In this document: positions 62,238 to 64,000 of the stretch, piece by piece
Layout: every line of letters starts with the position of its first letter
How positions within the stretch are numbered: position 1 is the first letter of the stretch
Assembly (NCBI RefSeq): GCF_006345805.1
Contig: NC_043011.1
Span: forward strand, 54,820,464 to 54,884,463
Reading direction: 5' to 3'
DNA length: 64,000 nucleotides
Origin: Octopus sinensis
Taxonomy: Eukaryota
Program-made: the position numbers and the translations under genes
The notes under the pieces: generated by a model
What the model was told of the DNA's origin: nothing
The model's input: only the letters and a program-made list of their open reading frames with translations
The model's database searches: none

Positions 62238-62585
62238 GCGGCGGCGGACTCGCGGCTTCGATTCCCAGACCAGGCGTTGTGTCTGTTTATTGAGTGAAAA
62301 CATCTAAAAGTTCCACGAGGCTCCGGCAGGGGGTGGTGGCAACCCCTGTTGTACACTTTCGCTCCAACTTTCTCTCTCACTCTTTCTTCCTGTTTCTTGT
62401 CCCCGACTTCCTACACAACCTCTGAGCCTGGATGCGCATTCATCCATCCGTCGATGCTCTCGGTGTTGGGGGTTGACCTGCTTTCTCTTCTGCGGGTCTT
62501 GCGAATAGCAAAGGACCACGTTTCGGACTTCTCCCACTCTGGGACGAAGACCGCTTTGCTCAACAAACAAACAAACAAACAAACA
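62238..62585 (+). mobile_element. SINE, C-type body with a third tail type ending (AAAC)n
   Basis: The 5' half is homologous to 1872-2256 and the 3' half is unrelated to the other tails. Confidence 0.7.
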
Positions 62586-63156
62586 GCAACATCATCATCA
62601 CCTCACCATCACTATCATCATCATCATCAACACCACCATCGTCGTCATCATCCTCATCATCATTATTATTATTATCATTGTTCCACCGAGGTCGACTTTG
62701 CCTTTCATCCTTTTAAGGTTGATAAATTAGGTACCAGTTGCGTACAGGAGTCGATCTAATCGACTGCCCCCCCCACCGCAAAAAAAAATTTCGGGCCTTG
62801 TGCCTAGATTAGAAAAGATCATTATCATTGTTATCTTCGAGACATGTAGAGAAAACGTGACATACACGAGTTGGGTCAATGACACACACACACACACCGA
62901 CATGTGCGATGTAAGGGAGACAACTGTATCAGCGATGAAATTATGGCGCAATAATCTTTCAAAGAAAGTAGGCTGCCTGCCAAATGACAGTTAAATCTCT
63001 CTCAAATCACAGTCTATCGTATAAAAAACATAAGGACAAATATTATGTAATACAACACTAAATATATCCCATATCACCCACTAAAAAAAATAAAAAACCC
63101 AATGGCTACGTGTTATTCTTTTAGGAAATCAACAAGGGTTAACTTGAATGATATCA

Positions 63157-63500
63157 GGCGAAATGCTCAGCAGTATTTCGTCTGCCATTACGTTCTGAGT
63201 TCAAATTCCGCCAAGGTCGACTTTGCCTTTCATCCTTTCGGGGTCGATTAAATAAGTACCAGTTACGCACTGGGGTCGATGTAATCGACTTAACCCCTTT
63301 GTCTGTCCTTGTTTGTCCGCTCTGTGTTTAGCCCCTTGTGGGCAGTAAAGAAATAGGTATTTCCTCTGTCTTTATTTCATCTGTCTTTGCGTTCGGAGTT
63401 CAAATTTCGTCGAGGTCGACTTTGCTTTTCATCCTTTCGGGGTCAATAAATTAAGTACCAGTTGCGTACTGGGATCGATCTTATCGACTGGTCTTGTGCC
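63157..63500 (+). repeat. SINE-B head-to-tail dimer with the array-type junction
   Basis: Junction AAAGAAATAGGTATTTC at ~63350-63364. The second unit has the alternative 3' end. Confidence 0.85.
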
Positions 63501-63749
63501 TAGAGTTGATGTTGCTACTCTTTAACTTTTTACAAGATTTAAAACTGGGCAACAATTGAATAACAATAACCGTAAGCTTATTGTATAAAGTATCCAGGAG
63601 TACTAAACTCGTCAAGAAAGGTTGGAAGAGGAAAGAGAGAGCAGACATATATGTCAAGTGAAGAGACACAGAAATGAAAGTTTAGACGTACTTGCACAGT
63701 TTGTAGAATTCATTATAATTTAGACACAGGTGTAGCTGTGTGGTAAGAT

Positions 63750-63870
63750 GCTGTAGGAACACTGCCAGATCAGACTGGAGCCTCTTGGTGCAGCCTCCTG
63801 GCTTCCCAGACACCGGTCGAACCGTCCAACCCATGCTAGCATGGAAAACGGACGTTAAACGATGATGATG
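63750..63870 (+). mobile_element. RTE 3' UTR copy
   Basis: CATGCTAGCATGG with a (GAT)n tail. Confidence 0.8.
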
Positions 63871-64000
63871 AGGAGGAGGAAGGATGTACAGAGTCAGAAG
63901 GAAAGGTGCTAAACATTTTGTCCAACTCCCTTACAATTCTGCCAGTTTGCTTAGAACGGTACTCTCTTTTTACTTGTTTCAGTCAATTGACTGCGGCCAT

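Overview
Eukaryotic, AT-rich, microsatellite- and TE-dense genomic DNA. The SINE/LINE repertoire is most consistent with an octopus or other cephalopod (inference from recalled repeat families, not a database hit). There is one clear host protein-coding gene: an intronless Spot14-family gene (MID1IP1/THRSP-like, 21958-22650, +). It sits in a ~10-kb zone nearly free of young TEs and may have a very long 3' UTR. The rest is TE debris: RTE, CR1-like and R4/Dong-like (RLE) LINE fragments, a Penelope-like GIY-YIG fragment, mariner and maT (DD37D) DNA transposons, hAT/piggyBac/mariner MITEs, solo LTRs and several tRNA-derived SINE families. The most striking structures are (i) long palindromes embedded in (TA)n whose arms carry outward-facing minimal type-I hammerhead ribozyme motifs (56588-57161 with both cores intact; 53887-54097; a degenerate one at 53690-53848; solo motifs at 13888 and 54647), (ii) head-to-tail SINE arrays with an identical GAAATA-GG-TATTTC junction at three loci, (iii) a 700-bp, ~97% identical inverted repeat, and (iv) a chain of Dong-like elements nested in (TAA)n tracts. 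All identifications were made by eye and no searches were run.
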